Of a DNA stretch of 41,641 nt, positions 40,091 to 41,641 are shown one piece after another. The notes under the pieces are model-generated. The model had not been told where the DNA came from, made no database searches, and saw only the letters and a program-made list of their open reading frames with translations. Origin of the DNA: Gammaproteobacteria bacterium. GTDB taxonomy: Bacteria > Pseudomonadota > Gammaproteobacteria > Pseudomonadales > Ketobacteraceae. The number at the start of each line of letters is the position of its first letter. Position 1 is the first letter of the stretch. The stretch covers positions 1-41,641 of the forward strand of contig PDSR01000082.1 in the NCBI GenBank assembly GCA_002748575.1. The letters run 5' to 3'. Both the position numbers and the translations under genes were made by a program.

Positions 40091-41641
40091 CTAGTCTTCT
40101 TTAAAGGGGCGCTGCGGGTCTAAAACCGTATCAACCGCGTTGTCCTGTTGGTTGGGGTAATCCAGGGTAAAGTGCAATCCGCGGCTTTCCTTGCGCTTCA
40201 GGGCGCTATTAATAATTAACTCTGCAACCAACACCAGATTGCGCAGCTCAATCAGGTCGTTAGATACTTTGTAGTTGTTGTAATACTCCAGAATTTCTTT
40301 TCTTAACAGTTTAACCCGGTGCTTGGCCCGTTGCAGGCGTTTATCGGTACGAACAATGCCCACGTAGTCCCACATAAAGCGGCGCAATTCATCCCAGTTA
40401 TGGGAAATAACCACGTCTTCATCAGAATCCGTCACCTGGCTTTCATCCCAGTTGGGGATTTCAACATCAGCAATGCTTTGGTTAAGTCTGGTGTGAATGT
40501 CTTTACTGGCACTGATTGCAAATACCAGGCATTCCAACAGCGAATTGCTGGCCATGCGGTTGGCACCGTGAAGGCCGGTGGAAGCGGTTTCACCGATGGC
40601 GTACAGGCCGTCAACGTCTGTTTTGCCGTGCAGGTTGGTCATTACACCGCCGCAGGTGTAATGGGCGGCGGGAACAATGGGAATCGGTTCCCGGGTAATG
40701 TCCATTCCCAGTTGCATGCATTTTTCATAAACCGTTGGGAAATGATCTTTGATAAAGCCTTCCGGTTTGTGGGATATATCCAGGTACAGGCATTCTACCC
40801 CCAGGCGCTTCATTTCGTGGTCGATCGCCCGGGCGACAATATCCCGTGGAGCCAGTTCTTGCCGGTCATCAAAACGCTGCATAAAACGCTCGCCATTCGG
40901 CAGCCTTAAATACCCTCCCTCGCCACGAACTGCTTCGGTCACTAAAAATGAACGGGCTTCAGGATGGTACAAGCAAGTGGGATGAAACTGGTTAAACTCC
41001 ATATTGGCAACGCGGCAGCCTGCCCGCCAGGCCATGGCTACGCCATCACCCGTGGCAATGTCGGGGTTGCTGGTGTAAAGGTATGCCTTGCTGGCACCTC
41101 CGGTGGCTAACACTACAAAGCGGGCTGCATGGGTTTCCACAGTACCGGTTTCAAGGTTCAGTACATAGGCTCCCAGTACATGGTTGCCCTCCAGATTCAG
41201 GCGTCGGGTGGTAATTAAATCAATGGCGACGTGTGATTCGTACAGGGAAATATTTTCCAGTTGTCGGGCGCCGTTGATCAGGGTTTCTGAAACGGCCTTT
41301 CCGGTGGCATCTGCTGCGTGAATCACTCGCCGGTGGCTGTGCCCACCTTCTTTCGTTAAATGATATTCGCTCTGGCCTTTGCTATCGGTTTCCTTGTCAA
41401 AACGAACACCTTGTTCAATCAGCCAGCGAATGGCTTCGGGGCCGTTTTCCACCGTAAATCTCACGGCGTTTTCCCGGCAAAGCCCACCACCGGCAATTAA
41501 CGTGTCTTTGATATGGGAATCTACGGAATCGTGTTCATCCAGTACCGCTGCAACGCCACCTTGTGCATAGTAGGTGTTAGCGGCAGTGAGTGGGCCCTTG
41601 CTTAAAACGCCCACTTTGGCGAAAGGTGCCAGACGAATGGC
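40091..41641 (-). CDS. nadB: L-aspartate oxidase; the 5' end (about 30 codons) lies beyond the window end
   Basis: [44 protein letters not shown] aligns to E. coli NadB from about residue 35. [14 protein letters not shown] and HYTCGGV are present. The reading frame is open to the window edge. Confidence 0.95.
   Translation of the reverse strand, partial: AIRLAPFAKVGVLSKGPLTAANTYYAQGGVAAVLDEHDSVDSHIKDTLIAGGGLCRENAVRFTVENGPEAIRWLIEQGVRFDKETDSKGQSEYHLTKEGGHSHRRVIHAADATGKAVSETLINGARQLENISLYESHVAIDLITTRRLNLEGNHVLGAYVLNLETGTVETHAARFVVLATGGASKAYLYTSNPDIATGDGVAMAWRAGCRVANMEFNQFHPTCLYHPEARSFLVTEAVRGEGGYLRLPNGERFMQRFDDRQELAPRDIVARAIDHEMKRLGVECLYLDISHKPEGFIKDHFPTVYEKCMQLGMDITREPIPIVPAAHYTCGGVMTNLHGKTDVDGLYAIGETASTGLHGANRMASNSLLECLVFAISASKDIHTRLNQSIADVEIPNWDESQVTDSDEDVVISHNWDELRRFMWDYVGIVRTDKRLQRAKHRVKLLRKEILEYYNNYKVSNDLIELRNLVLVAELIINSALKRKESRGLHFTLDYPNQQDNAVDTVLDPQRPFKED

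Noticed and set aside
40319-40909. A 196-aa plus-strand ORF lies inside nadB. There are similar cases at 38619-39089 inside ygfZ, 25202-25660 and 25471-25911 inside thrC, and 8326-8685 inside purL.
   Set aside because: All are antisense or off-frame shadows of strongly supported genes, and none has a recognisable motif.
1-41641. I looked for tRNA, rRNA or tmRNA genes, CRISPR repeats, IS or transposase genes, integrase or att sites, and prophage genes.
   Set aside because: No cloverleaf-like sequences or regularly spaced direct repeats were seen in any intergenic gap. No ORF has transposase, integrase or phage motifs. The conserved synteny argues against an island, apart from the single lipoprotein gene.

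Overview
This window looks like chromosomal, mostly core-genome DNA from a gammaproteobacterium; the gene order resembles known Pseudomonas and E. coli blocks. Along the window I see: a frameshifted MCP, then tadA, yfbR and mltF(-). A second MCP follows, then purL, a small YqfO/NIF3-like gene, two NUDIX genes, DUF3135, a gamma-carbonic-anhydrase-like gene, DUF1289, purT and rssA. Next come a tandem-FHA membrane protein, corB/yfjD(-) and ypjD(-), divergent from ffh-rpsP-rimM-trmD-rplS. After that: dsbC-like, hom-thrC, recJ, prfB (programmed +1 frameshift)-lysS, and TetR-ung. A valine-catabolism operon follows (mmsA, acyl-CoA dehydrogenase, 3-hydroxyisobutyryl-CoA hydrolase, mmsB). The window ends with an AT-rich orphan lipoprotein, an HDOD protein(-), ygfZ(-), sdhE, a ygfX-like gene and nadB(-, partial). 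I found no rRNA, tRNA, CRISPR array, IS element, integrase or phage genes. I cannot support a novel multi-gene system here. The observations most worth a second look are: (1) the sdhE-ygfX (CptB/CptA-type) pair appears to carry an internal deletion that removes the SdhE C-terminal half and the YgfX membrane anchor; (2) an AT-rich orphan lipoprotein gene sits between mmsB and the HDOD gene; (3) a tail-anchored protein has one degenerate and one canonical FHA domain and no kinase or phosphatase partner nearby; (4) an MCP gene is split by a frameshift; (5) the prfB recoding site is missed by the ORF track. All homology calls rest on motifs I recognised by reading the translations. No database search was run.
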